Both the position numbers and the translations under genes were made by a program. Shown in pieces: positions 54,474-64,000 of a DNA stretch of 64,000 nt (position 1 is its first letter; each line of letters starts with the position of its first letter). This DNA is from Klebsiella phage vB_KM5a1-KLB31. Where the stretch lies: sequence record PP582757.1; one strand, given 5' to 3'. The notes beneath the pieces were generated by a model that was not told where the DNA came from, ran no database searches, and saw only the letters and a list, made by a program, of their open reading frames with translations.

Positions 54474-56426
54474 ATGGCAGACCAACCTACTAATTTTCAG
54501 TTGACCAGGACGGTTAACGCAATCCCACAGGTATTCGTGGGAGCAACATTTGATGAAATTAAAAAGAACATTATCGATTGGCTGACTAGTCAAAAAGAAT
54601 TCCAGGATTATGACTTTACTGGCTCTCGTATGAACGTTCTCATCGATATGTTGGCATACAACACCCTGTATATCCAGCAATTCGCGAACACTGCGGTATA
54701 TGAATCATTTATCGGTACTGCGAACAGACGTTCTAGCGTCGTCCAGGCTGCACAGGATAAAGGGTATCTTCCTTCATCTATGTCTGCGGCTAAAACCAGT
54801 ATTTTACTGACATGTTCTTCTGCTAATCCAGACCCGAGTATCAAGATTCCTCGTGGAACCAAATTCTTGGCTTACGCACGTGATTCTTCTGTTGACCCAT
54901 TTGCATTCGTTACTACAGAAGATGTAATCGCAATTCGTGATAAAAATGGTAAATATCTTCCTATTGTCAATATGGCCCAAGGACGTATTATCCGTACTGA
55001 ATTGCTTTATGACCCAGACCAGCCTATTTTGATTCGCGACCCTAACATCGACCGTAAAGAAGTCCGCTTATTTGTCAACGGCGCTCGTTGGGAAGATTGG
55101 ACTAATAAATCAATGGTCCATGCTGGTTCGACTTCAACTATTTTCTATATGCGCGAAACCGTAGATGGAAATACCGAATTCTTCTTCGGCGAAGGTGAAC
55201 AGTCTCCCTCTGTCGCTGGCGGTGTATTAGAAGCCAACTATATTGGTGGTCTGAAACCTGTTAAAGAATCTACTATCGTTATCGAATATCTTCGTACAGA
55301 TGGTGAGAAAGCTAATGGCGCAGTCGATTTTAGCTATGCAGATACATTAACGAATATCACAATCGATAGTATCACTGAGAACCCAACCGATAGTCCTGAT
55401 TATGTTGGCGCAGATGGTGGTGGTGACCCTGAAGATATTGAACGTATTCGTGAACTGGCCGTAGTTAAACGTGAAGCACAAATGCGTTGTGTGACTGGTA
55501 CAGACTATGATACATTCGTTTCCGAACGATTTGGTTCTATTGTCCAGGCTGTCCAGACATTTACCGATGTTCAAAAACCAGGCTATGCATTCATTGCTAT
55601 AAAGCCTAAGTCTGGTTTATATCTCACGGCTGTTCAACGTGAAGATGTCCAAAACTATCTGAATGGCTTTAACGTTTCGACAATTACGCCAAGTGTAATC
55701 AGTCCTAACTACATGTTCTTGAAACACGATATTAAAGTGACTTATTCGCTTAATAAACTCCAAGAATCTGAACAGTGGCTCCGTGCTCAAGTAATTGACC
55801 AAATGGACCGCTATTACATTGATGAAGTTGAAATCTTTAACGCAGGTTTTGCTAAGTCTAAAATGTTGACTTATATTGATAATAGTGACCACTCGGTACT
55901 TGGTTCTTCAGCGTCTATTACTATGGTTCGCGAAATTCTGAACTTTATGAAAACACCTGAAGCAGGCATTAAATACTATAATCAATATACTAACCGTTCA
56001 GTGGAATCTAGTGTCTTTGAGTTTACGCCTACAACCGGTACTAACTACAACGTTCGTATTGTAGCAACTGACCGAGATTCAAAAGGCGATGGTAAAATGG
56101 TTATAGGTCCTTTCCGTAATGGCGATGTCGTAGAAAATGCGAATGTTAAACCTTATACTGGAACAGACTTCAATAAAATGCCTGGTGCTCCAGCCAATCA
56201 AACCAAGTATTATGTTATTGGTGAGATTGATTATTGGTCAGATTACATTTATTGGGACATAAGCAAACTCGGATTAACATCAGCCCAGTTTGAAGTCCAG
56301 AGCATTGAGCTTTATGCAGGCCCTACACAAGATAACATTTTTACCAAAGACGGTTCACTGATTGTATTTGAGAACGATCTTCGTCCTCAATACACTACCA
56401 TTACTATGGAGCCTATTACTCAATGA
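54474..56426 (+). CDS. 6: Baseplate wedge protein gp6
   Basis: MADQPTNFQLTRTVNAIPQVFVGATFDEIKKNIIDWL...; 650 aa; collinear with T4 gp6. Confidence 0.95.
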   Translation: MADQPTNFQLTRTVNAIPQVFVGATFDEIKKNIIDWLTSQKEFQDYDFTGSRMNVLIDMLAYNTLYIQQFANTAVYESFIGTANRRSSVVQAAQDKGYLPSSMSAAKTSILLTCSSANPDPSIKIPRGTKFLAYARDSSVDPFAFVTTEDVIAIRDKNGKYLPIVNMAQGRIIRTELLYDPDQPILIRDPNIDRKEVRLFVNGARWEDWTNKSMVHAGSTSTIFYMRETVDGNTEFFFGEGEQSPSVAGGVLEANYIGGLKPVKESTIVIEYLRTDGEKANGAVDFSYADTLTNITIDSITENPTDSPDYVGADGGGDPEDIERIRELAVVKREAQMRCVTGTDYDTFVSERFGSIVQAVQTFTDVQKPGYAFIAIKPKSGLYLTAVQREDVQNYLNGFNVSTITPSVISPNYMFLKHDIKVTYSLNKLQESEQWLRAQVIDQMDRYYIDEVEIFNAGFAKSKMLTYIDNSDHSVLGSSASITMVREILNFMKTPEAGIKYYNQYTNRSVESSVFEFTPTTGTNYNVRIVATDRDSKGDGKMVIGPFRNGDVVENANVKPYTGTDFNKMPGAPANQTKYYVIGEIDYWSDYIYWDISKLGLTSAQFEVQSIELYAGPTQDNIFTKDGSLIVFENDLRPQYTTITMEPITQ

Positions 56427-59400
56427 CTGTAAAAGCACCTTCCGTTACCAGTTTACGTATCGATAAACTGTCTGCTAACCAGGTACACATTCGTTGGGAT
56501 AACGTGGGTGCAAACTTCTACTATTTTGTAGAAATCGCTACAACTCGTACTGATGGGGTCGCCTTAGACCCCTCAAAATACATTTGGCGTGCACTTGGTT
56601 ATACCCCAGACAATGACTGGTTTGAAGATGACGCAATCCGTCCTCTAAATTATTACAAAATGCGGGTATCCGTAGCCGCCAAAGGGTTTGAACAGTCTGA
56701 TTGGGAAACCACTGAAGAATTCCAATCATTTGCAACTAACGCATACACATTTACTCATATGCGCGAGTTCAACCTTGTCACTAAATTTATCCAAGAGAAG
56801 TTCGTTCTTAATAATGGATATATCGATTTCAACAAAGACCAGATTATTGCATCTTTGATGTCTGAAGATTTCCAATTCAGCCCTTCTTATGTCGATATCA
56901 GTTCAATTAAAAACTTTGTTCTGCAAGAAGATGAATTCCATGAGATTCAAGGGCCTATCCAAAAAGTTTGTTCTGATGATTTAGAACGTATTATGCTGGC
57001 CGAGCTCGGTGGCGTTCTTTATGAATTCGAACGTTTCCAACCTATGGTTAAAGTGTCTAATGACAAAGGCCAGAACTGGAAATATGTTAAACTTTTGACC
57101 GACCGTGCTGGGAACCCTGTTTCTAAGGTCCCTTATTACCAGACAACCACAACTACTTATTTGCTCGGTTATGACCGTGTATTTTATGGCCGTAAATCAA
57201 ACGACGTTCGTTGGTCGTCTGATACGGTTAAAATGTCTTCACAAGACGTAACGTTTGCTAAAATTGGTGACCAACTTAAATTAGGTTTTGACGTTGAGAT
57301 ATTCGGTACTTATGCTCGTCTTCCATTAGCAGTATCGACTATTGCCGAAGCAATGACCGTAAGTGATGACTTCATTTATGTTGCTGGTCGTGGTAAAGTC
57401 TATAAAGCTAAAGTAACCAATGCTCCTATCGATTTAGACCCAGGTTCTCCTAGTTTTGGTGAGAAGTTATTTGAAACCGGCTTCAGTACAATTGTCGACA
57501 ATACAAAAGCTGTTTGCTTTAAAATGGATTCAGTCCAGGGCAATACTTATGCTTTGATTACCGGTGAAGTTAAAGAAGAAGGACAAGACCCGACTATTCC
57601 TGATAATGTTATTAGTTCAGAATCTAAAGGCGTTTATCTTTTAGACCCGGAAACAGATGTATGGACTCGTGTATTTGGTAACACTGAAGAAGAACGTCGT
57701 CGAATTGAACATGGTTGGACCTCAATGGGTGCCAATGGTGATGAAGTTTATTTCAGTAGCAGCAACTTTGCATACCAAGTAGAAAATGACCCAGAAGTAG
57801 TTCAGGAATACCCTGACCAGGTCAATGAAGGTGTTAAATTCGTTTACGAACCTCAGTATATTCATGATAAACATTATCTGATGATGAGCTTCAGAACTAG
57901 CGCCGAAAATGGTTGGACCAAATTTAAACCAGGTCGAATGGATTATTATGCAGAGCCGTTTTTTGCTTGGTCACGTCGTGATAAGACTCGTTGTTGGATT
58001 ACTAATTCGCGTCGTTGCATGGTAGTCTATGAAGACATGCTTTATCAGAAAGTTGTTGATGAATTTGGTTCTGGTTCTCCGGACCGTATTATTCATGAGA
58101 CTTGGGACAAAGGCCATGTAACTGTTACCTGTCCTAATATAGAGTTCCAAGGATTTAAACGTTATGCTTCTGGTATTATGCTTCATAAAAATACTGGTGA
58201 GCTCATCGGTTATTTCGAGTTCGATTATCGTGTTCGTGATGAAGTCCGTTTAATCTGGAAACCAAAAGAAATCATGTTCACTGCAGACCTTCAAGGTCAG
58301 GAACGTGAAATTCCTTGGACGCCAGAAGTTACTAATAAAGAACGTGACCCAGACCTTCGTCCTTTACTGAACAAGATGATGCCAGACAGTTATTTGCTCC
58401 AAGACACCAACTTTGAGAAGTTCTGCGAGTATTATCTGCAATTCTTAAGTGATGGTTCCGGAACATATTATAATAACCTTCTGAATCTGATTCGAGACCA
58501 ATATCCTCGTGAAGAAGATGCATGGAACTATTTGTGGTCTGAGATTTACAAACGTAATATCTATTTGAGCAAAGACAAACGTGATGAAGTGGTTCGTTTC
58601 TTTGAAGCCCGTCAATCTGATTTCTGGATGACTAAAGGCACTGAAGCAAGCTATAAATTCTTGTTTAAATTGCTTTATAACGAAGATGTTGAAATCGACA
58701 TCGAATCTAAGAACACAACTGAATATGATATTCTTGTTGAATCTGACAATATTAACGAAGACATCGTAGGTCAAACAATATACACCAAAACCGGTCGTAG
58801 TAATGTGACTTATCTTGAACGTTATTACAATGAAGGTAAACTTCAGTGGCGTGTCACGATTCATAACCTTTTAGGTAATTTTAATGCTGGTCAGGAAATT
58901 CTTTCTGAACGTACCGCATTTAAAGGAATGATTATTCGAGGCGTACGTGGTAAAGAGCTGTTAAGTAATACGATTGAGTACATCAACCGTAACCGTTCTT
59001 ATTATGTGATGACAATTAAATCTAATCTGCCAACCTCTCGTTATCGTGGCGACGTATTACGTTTTGTTCACCCGGTTGGTTTTGGATTCATAGGTATCAC
59101 ACTTTTGACTATGTTCATTAATGCCGGCTTAACATTAAAACATGTTGAGACGATTTTGAATATATACAAAAACTATCGTTGGGACGCAGGACTTCCTTCA
59201 GTTTATCCAGATCGAGTTGCAGTAATGGATTCGAATGGCGATGTTGAAAGAGACCCTGTAACAGGTGAAGTTCGTTATGATACACCTCCTAATGCAGGAC
59301 TTCCGTTCCCTATTCGTCCTGATTATATAGATGAGAACAATAACAGTATGTGGCATGGATTAAATCCTGACGAACGTAGACGTCCTATGTCGCCATTATT

Positions 59401-59518
59401 TGACCAGAGTGCAGTAACATTCGCTCAGTGGCGTGCATTAGTTGATAAACGTTTGAAAGATGATGTTGGCCATCCGCGTGACCCACAGAACCCAACACAG
59501 GTAAAAGTAGATGAATAA
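56423..59518 (+). CDS. 7: Baseplate wedge protein gp7
   Basis: 1031 aa, matching T4 gp7 in size (1032 aa) and position. Confidence 0.9.
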   Translation: MTVKAPSVTSLRIDKLSANQVHIRWDNVGANFYYFVEIATTRTDGVALDPSKYIWRALGYTPDNDWFEDDAIRPLNYYKMRVSVAAKGFEQSDWETTEEFQSFATNAYTFTHMREFNLVTKFIQEKFVLNNGYIDFNKDQIIASLMSEDFQFSPSYVDISSIKNFVLQEDEFHEIQGPIQKVCSDDLERIMLAELGGVLYEFERFQPMVKVSNDKGQNWKYVKLLTDRAGNPVSKVPYYQTTTTTYLLGYDRVFYGRKSNDVRWSSDTVKMSSQDVTFAKIGDQLKLGFDVEIFGTYARLPLAVSTIAEAMTVSDDFIYVAGRGKVYKAKVTNAPIDLDPGSPSFGEKLFETGFSTIVDNTKAVCFKMDSVQGNTYALITGEVKEEGQDPTIPDNVISSESKGVYLLDPETDVWTRVFGNTEEERRRIEHGWTSMGANGDEVYFSSSNFAYQVENDPEVVQEYPDQVNEGVKFVYEPQYIHDKHYLMMSFRTSAENGWTKFKPGRMDYYAEPFFAWSRRDKTRCWITNSRRCMVVYEDMLYQKVVDEFGSGSPDRIIHETWDKGHVTVTCPNIEFQGFKRYASGIMLHKNTGELIGYFEFDYRVRDEVRLIWKPKEIMFTADLQGQEREIPWTPEVTNKERDPDLRPLLNKMMPDSYLLQDTNFEKFCEYYLQFLSDGSGTYYNNLLNLIRDQYPREEDAWNYLWSEIYKRNIYLSKDKRDEVVRFFEARQSDFWMTKGTEASYKFLFKLLYNEDVEIDIESKNTTEYDILVESDNINEDIVGQTIYTKTGRSNVTYLERYYNEGKLQWRVTIHNLLGNFNAGQEILSERTAFKGMIIRGVRGKELLSNTIEYINRNRSYYVMTIKSNLPTSRYRGDVLRFVHPVGFGFIGITLLTMFINAGLTLKHVETILNIYKNYRWDAGLPSVYPDRVAVMDSNGDVERDPVTGEVRYDTPPNAGLPFPIRPDYIDENNNSMWHGLNPDERRRPMSPLFDQSAVTFAQWRALVDKRLKDDVGHPRDPQNPTQVKVDE

Positions 59519-60521
59519 CTCTTCAGTAGTTTACCGTTCGATTATAACTTCAAAGTTCAGAACGGAAAAGATGTTAAACTTCTATCAAACTATCGGTGAT
59601 GGTGAAGACCAGAATACGATGTATGTAACATTCGGCCGCTCAGAACCTTGGGCGGCCAACGAGAATGACCCTGGCTTTGCACCACCATATCCGGTTGATG
59701 ACGTAGAAGGTGTAGAAGATATGTGGACCCACATGATGGGTTCTGTAAAAGTTTATAAGAGTATGCTGGATTCTATTATCCCTCGTAAAGATTGGGGCGA
59801 TGTTCGTTATCCAAACCCAAGAAATTTCCAGATTGGCGATATCATAGTTGCAAACTCTGCTCCATATAACCGAACTGATGCCGGTTCTGGCTGGATGGTT
59901 TATCGTTGTGTTGATATTCCTGATGAAGGTACATGCTCTATTTTCAGTATTACCGAAAAGCATGAGTGTATTAAGCTAGGTGGTATTTGGACTTCAGATG
60001 CATCAAGTATGCGTCCGCCTTCAGGTACACGAGATACCGAAGGCGACAATATCATTAATATGGGTGATGGTTACTTATGGGAATATCTCTATGAGATTCC
60101 ACCTGACGTAAGTATTAACCGTTGCACAAACGAATATATTGTTGTTCCGTGGCCTGAAGAAGTCAGAGCTGACCCTGAACGTTGGGGTTATGAAAATAAT
60201 CTTACCTGGGAACAGGATGATTATGGAATAGTGTTCAGGGTAAAAGCTAATACTATTCGATTCAAAGCTTTCTTGGACTCTGTTTATTTCCCTGAATTCA
60301 GTCTGCCAGGTAACAAAGGATTCCGTCAAATTTCTATCATAAGCAATCCGCTTGAAAAGAAAGTTATCCCTAGTGACCCTAATGTCAAGGCAATCAAAGA
60401 GTATTATGATGCTGTAGATATGGAACGTCATTCAGGTGAAATGATTTACATGGAAAACCGTCCTCCTGTTATTCGTTCAATGGACCAAACAGAAGAAGTC
60501 AACATTATCTTCGAATTCTAA
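59511..60521 (+). CDS. 8: Baseplate wedge protein gp8
   Basis: 336 aa, in the T4 gene-8 position. Confidence 0.85.
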   Translation: MNNSSVVYRSIITSKFRTEKMLNFYQTIGDGEDQNTMYVTFGRSEPWAANENDPGFAPPYPVDDVEGVEDMWTHMMGSVKVYKSMLDSIIPRKDWGDVRYPNPRNFQIGDIIVANSAPYNRTDAGSGWMVYRCVDIPDEGTCSIFSITEKHECIKLGGIWTSDASSMRPPSGTRDTEGDNIINMGDGYLWEYLYEIPPDVSINRCTNEYIVVPWPEEVRADPERWGYENNLTWEQDDYGIVFRVKANTIRFKAFLDSVYFPEFSLPGNKGFRQISIISNPLEKKVIPSDPNVKAIKEYYDAVDMERHSGEMIYMENRPPVIRSMDQTEEVNIIFEF

Positions 60522-60523
60522 AT

Positions 60524-60544
60524 AAGGGACCGCAAGGTCCCTTT
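60524..60544 (+). terminator. GNRA-loop hairpin (GGGACC-GCAA-GGUCCC) after gene 8
   Basis: AAGGGACCGCAAGGTCCCTTT is followed by a T-rich stretch. Confidence 0.6.
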
Positions 60545-60550
60545 CGGGTC

Positions 60551-60558
60551 TATAAATA
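60551..60558 (+). promoter_or_regulatory. Late promoter TATAAATA upstream of gene 9
   Basis: An exact octamer lies 29 nt upstream of the gp9 ATG (RBS TGAGG). Confidence 0.7.
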
Positions 60559-60586
60559 AATCTATAAACTAATAGTGAGGCAGAAT

Positions 60587-61450
60587 ATGGTTACCCAAGA
60601 ACCTAAAAAATTAATTGACGTCGGAGAGATTGGTAACGCCTCTACCGGCGATATCCTCTTTGACGGTGGTGAAAAAATAAACCACGACATGAACCAAATC
60701 TATAACACCTTTGGTGACCAACGTCTTTTTGTAAATGATTCTGGCAATAATACTCAGATGTTGCATGCCACTGGTTATTACCAGAAACCGACTATTGCTG
60801 AATGGTCTGCTCAAGTTCCTCTTGGAGCTTTGCGTGATGTTGATGCATCCACTGGTCCTGTTTTGTGTGTTCTTCAACGTGGTAAAGTTGGCGAAGGCAT
60901 GGTGTTTATTAACTCCAACGGAAGTATAAGCCCTACTAACTATTTTGAAATCCAGGCATTAGATTCATTTGTTTCTGTTCCTACAGGAACTTTAAAAATC
61001 GTTCAACCATTTTGCCGTGTTACTGTTTGGTGTGTATCGGTAGAAGGTGGTATTTCACGTTGGGACTACTCAATTGAAAGCATGTTTGGTAATAAACATG
61101 TGCCATTAGATAAAACGTTCACTTTAAGCTCTGCGCAACGTGAAATTCAAATTGCTCCTGTAAACGCATATCAGACAATTAAACTTTTCTTGACATGTGC
61201 CTCTACAGATGGATTGAAAGTCAAGACATCCGAAGTGATGCTTTATATTGATTCTAAAGCTTCTAAAGTTTACTCTACCGAATATGCAGTAATTCGTAAA
61301 GGTAACGTGGATGAAGATGATGAAATATATTCGATTAACTACATATTTGATAACAACGGATTTATTTCTGCAGTAGCATCCAGTACGACTCAGAACATGC
61401 AACTAGCAGTTAAGGTCGTTAGCACACAATCATTTGGGGTTCCAGTATAA
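60587..61450 (+). CDS. 9: Baseplate wedge / long-tail-fibre socket protein gp9
   Basis: MVTQEPKKLIDVGEIGNASTGDILFDGGEKINHDM...; 287 aa; T4 gp9-like. Confidence 0.9.
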   Translation: MVTQEPKKLIDVGEIGNASTGDILFDGGEKINHDMNQIYNTFGDQRLFVNDSGNNTQMLHATGYYQKPTIAEWSAQVPLGALRDVDASTGPVLCVLQRGKVGEGMVFINSNGSISPTNYFEIQALDSFVSVPTGTLKIVQPFCRVTVWCVSVEGGISRWDYSIESMFGNKHVPLDKTFTLSSAQREIQIAPVNAYQTIKLFLTCASTDGLKVKTSEVMLYIDSKASKVYSTEYAVIRKGNVDEDDEIYSINYIFDNNGFISAVASSTTQNMQLAVKVVSTQSFGVPV

Positions 61451-63264
61451 TGAAACAAAATATCAAAATTGGTAACGTAGTAGATGACGGTACTGGTGAC
61501 TACCTTCGCCAAGGTGGCTTAAAAATTAATGAAAACTTTGACGAGTTGTACTATCAATTAGGCGATGGTGCTACACCTCATGCCGCCGGTGCTTGGAAGA
61601 AACATTCGAGCGCCACAAGTGCAACTTTAGATGCAGAGTTTGGCCACAGCTACACAATTGACACTACTCCTGGTCGTTGCACCGTTAAGCTCCCTAAAGG
61701 GACCGCAACAGAATATAACTTCGTAATCCGTCTACGCGACGTTTATTCTACTTGGCAACTCAATCCGGTTACTATTCTTCCTGCTACTGGTGATACCATT
61801 AAAGGTTCTCCTAATGCAGTAGAAATTAAACGTAACCTTTCAGACCTTGAATTGGTTTACTGTTCTCCTGGTCGTTGGGAATACATCAACAACAAATCAA
61901 TCGACCGTATTGATAATAATGACGTTGCAACAGTAGCTTCCCAGGAATATATTGCGACTGAAGGTCAAACTGACTTCATGAATATTTTCCCGGCTCATGG
62001 TTATAACCCTGTGAACCTTAAAGTCTATCATCGTGGTAACGTCCTGTTCTACGGTAAAGATGGTATTTTCGATGCAACGAATGCTGAAGTAGGTTCACCA
62101 GGAACGGCGCCTGGTGAACTTATTGCATATGATGGTAAAAACATCAGATTGCGTAATGCGTGTAAAGCAGGCGACACAGTAATCATCGTATCGTATATGG
62201 ACGGCCTCGGCCAATGGCGAAGTTCTTATAATCGCCGTCAAGTCCGTGTTCTTGACTCATCAAGAACAAACAAAACGTCCGTAAACGGTTCTGTTATTGT
62301 TGATGACCTGGCTAACAAACTGATTTACACAGTAGAAGAACTTGGTATTAATGCAAGCCAGCCGGTTAACCCTAATGCATGTGAACTGACCATTAACAGT
62401 ACGCTTCAAAACCAGGCGGGTACTGCAGGTCTTCCATTATTCCGTTGTGAAGGTGCCGAAGGTGAAACTGAAGAAGTATGTTTTGCTAATAATGGTACTT
62501 GGGTTTATTCTGCCACTGACTTCGTATTTGAAATGGACGATACGGGTCTTAAAATTGAATCGGTTCGTTTTGATAAGCCTTTAGAACATGATGATGTTAT
62601 AGGTCTTATTTGGTATAACAATAACATCGGTACTACTCTTGAGATTGAAGAAATCTTGGCAGTAACCGATGATCGTTATATTTCAGGTACAGAACCTATT
62701 ACTCTGACCGGCCAGGTTCGAATCACTGATTTAGATAACCCATTTTCTCCTAATGTGGAAGCTGTAGCCGAAACAGAATTTAAACCGAGCTCTGTTGGTG
62801 CTTTATTTGAACTGTTTTATCCAGTAGGAACCGTATATGAAAACACGGTGAACCCAAATAACCCTTCAACATTTATGGGCTTTGGTTATTGGAAGAGATT
62901 AGAAGATCGTGTTCATGTTGGTTGGTCTGCTGATGCAGGCACTAAATTTAACCTGAACAATAACGACCTTGATTCGTTTGGTAATCCACGTGCTACGGCT
63001 GGTGGTACTGGCGGTTCGACAACCGTTACCTTGAAATCTCAGAATATTCCTAAATTACTTACTGATGATAAAGTTCTTATCGTAGACCCTAACGGTCCTA
63101 TTATTGTAGGTGGTTGTCAGTTTGACCCTGATTCACAAGGTCCTGCTTATACTAAATACCGTGAAGATTACGCTACTATTAACAAAATACAAGACCCGGT
63201 TGCGGTGGCAGTTGATACCATGAACCCGTATCTTGTTGTTCATCGTTGGGTGAGGGTTTCTTAA
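61450..63264 (+). CDS. 10: Baseplate wedge protein gp10
   Basis: 604 aa; MKQNIKIGNVVDDGTGDYLRQGGLKINENFDELYYQLGDG; T4 gp10-like. Confidence 0.92.
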   Translation: MKQNIKIGNVVDDGTGDYLRQGGLKINENFDELYYQLGDGATPHAAGAWKKHSSATSATLDAEFGHSYTIDTTPGRCTVKLPKGTATEYNFVIRLRDVYSTWQLNPVTILPATGDTIKGSPNAVEIKRNLSDLELVYCSPGRWEYINNKSIDRIDNNDVATVASQEYIATEGQTDFMNIFPAHGYNPVNLKVYHRGNVLFYGKDGIFDATNAEVGSPGTAPGELIAYDGKNIRLRNACKAGDTVIIVSYMDGLGQWRSSYNRRQVRVLDSSRTNKTSVNGSVIVDDLANKLIYTVEELGINASQPVNPNACELTINSTLQNQAGTAGLPLFRCEGAEGETEEVCFANNGTWVYSATDFVFEMDDTGLKIESVRFDKPLEHDDVIGLIWYNNNIGTTLEIEEILAVTDDRYISGTEPITLTGQVRITDLDNPFSPNVEAVAETEFKPSSVGALFELFYPVGTVYENTVNPNNPSTFMGFGYWKRLEDRVHVGWSADAGTKFNLNNNDLDSFGNPRATAGGTGGSTTVTLKSQNIPKLLTDDKVLIVDPNGPIIVGGCQFDPDSQGPAYTKYREDYATINKIQDPVAVAVDTMNPYLVVHRWVRVS

Positions 63265-63926
63265 TGTTTAGTTTAACACGTTCTAAGGCGGGATTAGTTT
63301 CTCGCCTTGCAGATTATCTGCAATTCCGTACAAATCCTAAAAAGCCTGCATTCGTTGCAGGCCAAAGACCTTTAGGTGCGGCAAACGTTTCTGCAACTTC
63401 TAAGGGTATTTTTTATCCTACTGTTCAAGGCGCTATTGATGATTTAGCCGGTCGTTGTGAACTTCCGATAGATTCTGTTATCATGAACGTTTCTGGTACC
63501 GCTCCGCGCGTTATTAACCAGTCGGACCAATTAGCTTTTACAGGTGATGTTATTGGTGAAGTTGGAACTCAAATAATGATTTACGTATTTGGCTTCCCTG
63601 TTATTGTCGAAGGTGGTGATTCGTCTATTGCCGTTGCTTCTAAAGTCCAAGCTGTATTAGCCGAAGCGGTTATTTCTGGGACGGCTATTGCATCAGTAGA
63701 AGTAGATGCAACAGATGCTTCTATATTAAATATTACATACAACGACTACCAAGACCATGTATTTGAGCCCGAATCACAATATGGTGTCACAATGACTCAA
63801 ACTACAGTTGTTGAACCTCAGCCTGGATATGGTGATTGGGAATGGCTTGGCAGTGCTGCTCAAACTCTTGCAGGCGGTTCCGTTGATGGCACAATTACCT
63901 TCCATTATTTTAAACGGACGGCATAA
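63264..63926 (+). CDS. 11: Baseplate wedge protein gp11 (short-tail-fibre attachment)
   Basis: About 220 aa; it starts MFSLTRSK in an overlap with the gp10 stop. Confidence 0.85.
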   Translation: MFSLTRSKAGLVSRLADYLQFRTNPKKPAFVAGQRPLGAANVSATSKGIFYPTVQGAIDDLAGRCELPIDSVIMNVSGTAPRVINQSDQLAFTGDVIGEVGTQIMIYVFGFPVIVEGGDSSIAVASKVQAVLAEAVISGTAIASVEVDATDASILNITYNDYQDHVFEPESQYGVTMTQTTVVEPQPGYGDWEWLGSAAQTLAGGSVDGTITFHYFKRTA

Positions 63927-64000
63927 TGGCAACTAATACACTAAATCACGTAAGTGATGCATCGATTTATAAAACATTCGATCCTGCTGGTACGGCATTT
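63926..64000 (+). CDS. 12: Short tail fibre gp12, N-terminal fragment (continues beyond the window)
   Basis: MATNTLNHVSDASIYKTFDPAGTAF resembles the T4 gp12 N-terminus (MSNNTYQHVSNESRYVKFDP). Confidence 0.75.
   Translation, partial: MATNTLNHVSDASIYKTFDPAGTAF

Overview
This window is a contiguous stretch of a T4-like (Tevenvirinae) myovirus genome, collinear with T4 from gene 43 to gene 12 but diverged, at roughly 60-80% amino-acid identity by eye. Coordinates 1-51274 are almost entirely minus-strand early and middle genes. The recognisable core of that block is: DNA polymerase gp43 (N-terminal part), regA, the 62/44 clamp loader, the 45 clamp, rpbA, the 46/47 Mre11-Rad50 pair, gp55, a glutaredoxin, endonuclease VII (gp49), nrdC, rI, tk, a macro-domain protein, an SLT-domain protein, regB, denV, internal proteins with the MKTY(Q/N)EF capsid-targeting signal, lysozyme e, nudE, a tRNA cluster, ipI, 57B, 57A, dNMP kinase (1), gp3, gp2 and gp4. 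A divergent pair of late promoters (TATAAATA) sits at ~51.29-51.31 kb. Beyond it, the plus-strand late baseplate module runs 53, 5, 5.1, 5.4 (PAAR), 6, 7, 8, 9, 10, 11 and the start of 12. Five canonical tRNAs are encoded on the minus strand, all with the 3' CCA in the DNA: Trp-CCA, His-GUG, Asn-GUU, Lys-UUU and Leu-UAA. Around them lie several tRNA-like fragments and ORF-free structured regions. Early-strand intergenic hairpins carry UUCG/UNCG tetraloops; late-strand ones carry GNRA loops. Accessory content not explained by the T4 backbone includes: (i) a tandem array of five small paralogous ORFs ending in a conserved W-x-SSS-x-x-C carboxy-terminus (37.8-39.5 kb); (ii) a four-gene minus-strand cassette that couples a Pol-beta-family nucleotidyltransferase to small membrane proteins (21.6-23.9 kb); (iii) a late-promoter-driven collagen-repeat protein in the opposite orientation inside the early region; (iv) a DnaA/DnaC-like AAA+ ATPase; (v) an AT-rich GIY-YIG/T5orf172-type ORF inserted in the tRNA cluster; (vi) a degenerate ~100-bp tandem repeat next to a P-loop (terminase-like Walker A) ORF; and (vii) a PspA/IM30-like coiled-coil protein. 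No alpha-glucosyltransferase gene occupies the T4 position between 47 and 55. Every call rests on reading the translated frames and sequence motifs by eye; no database search was possible.
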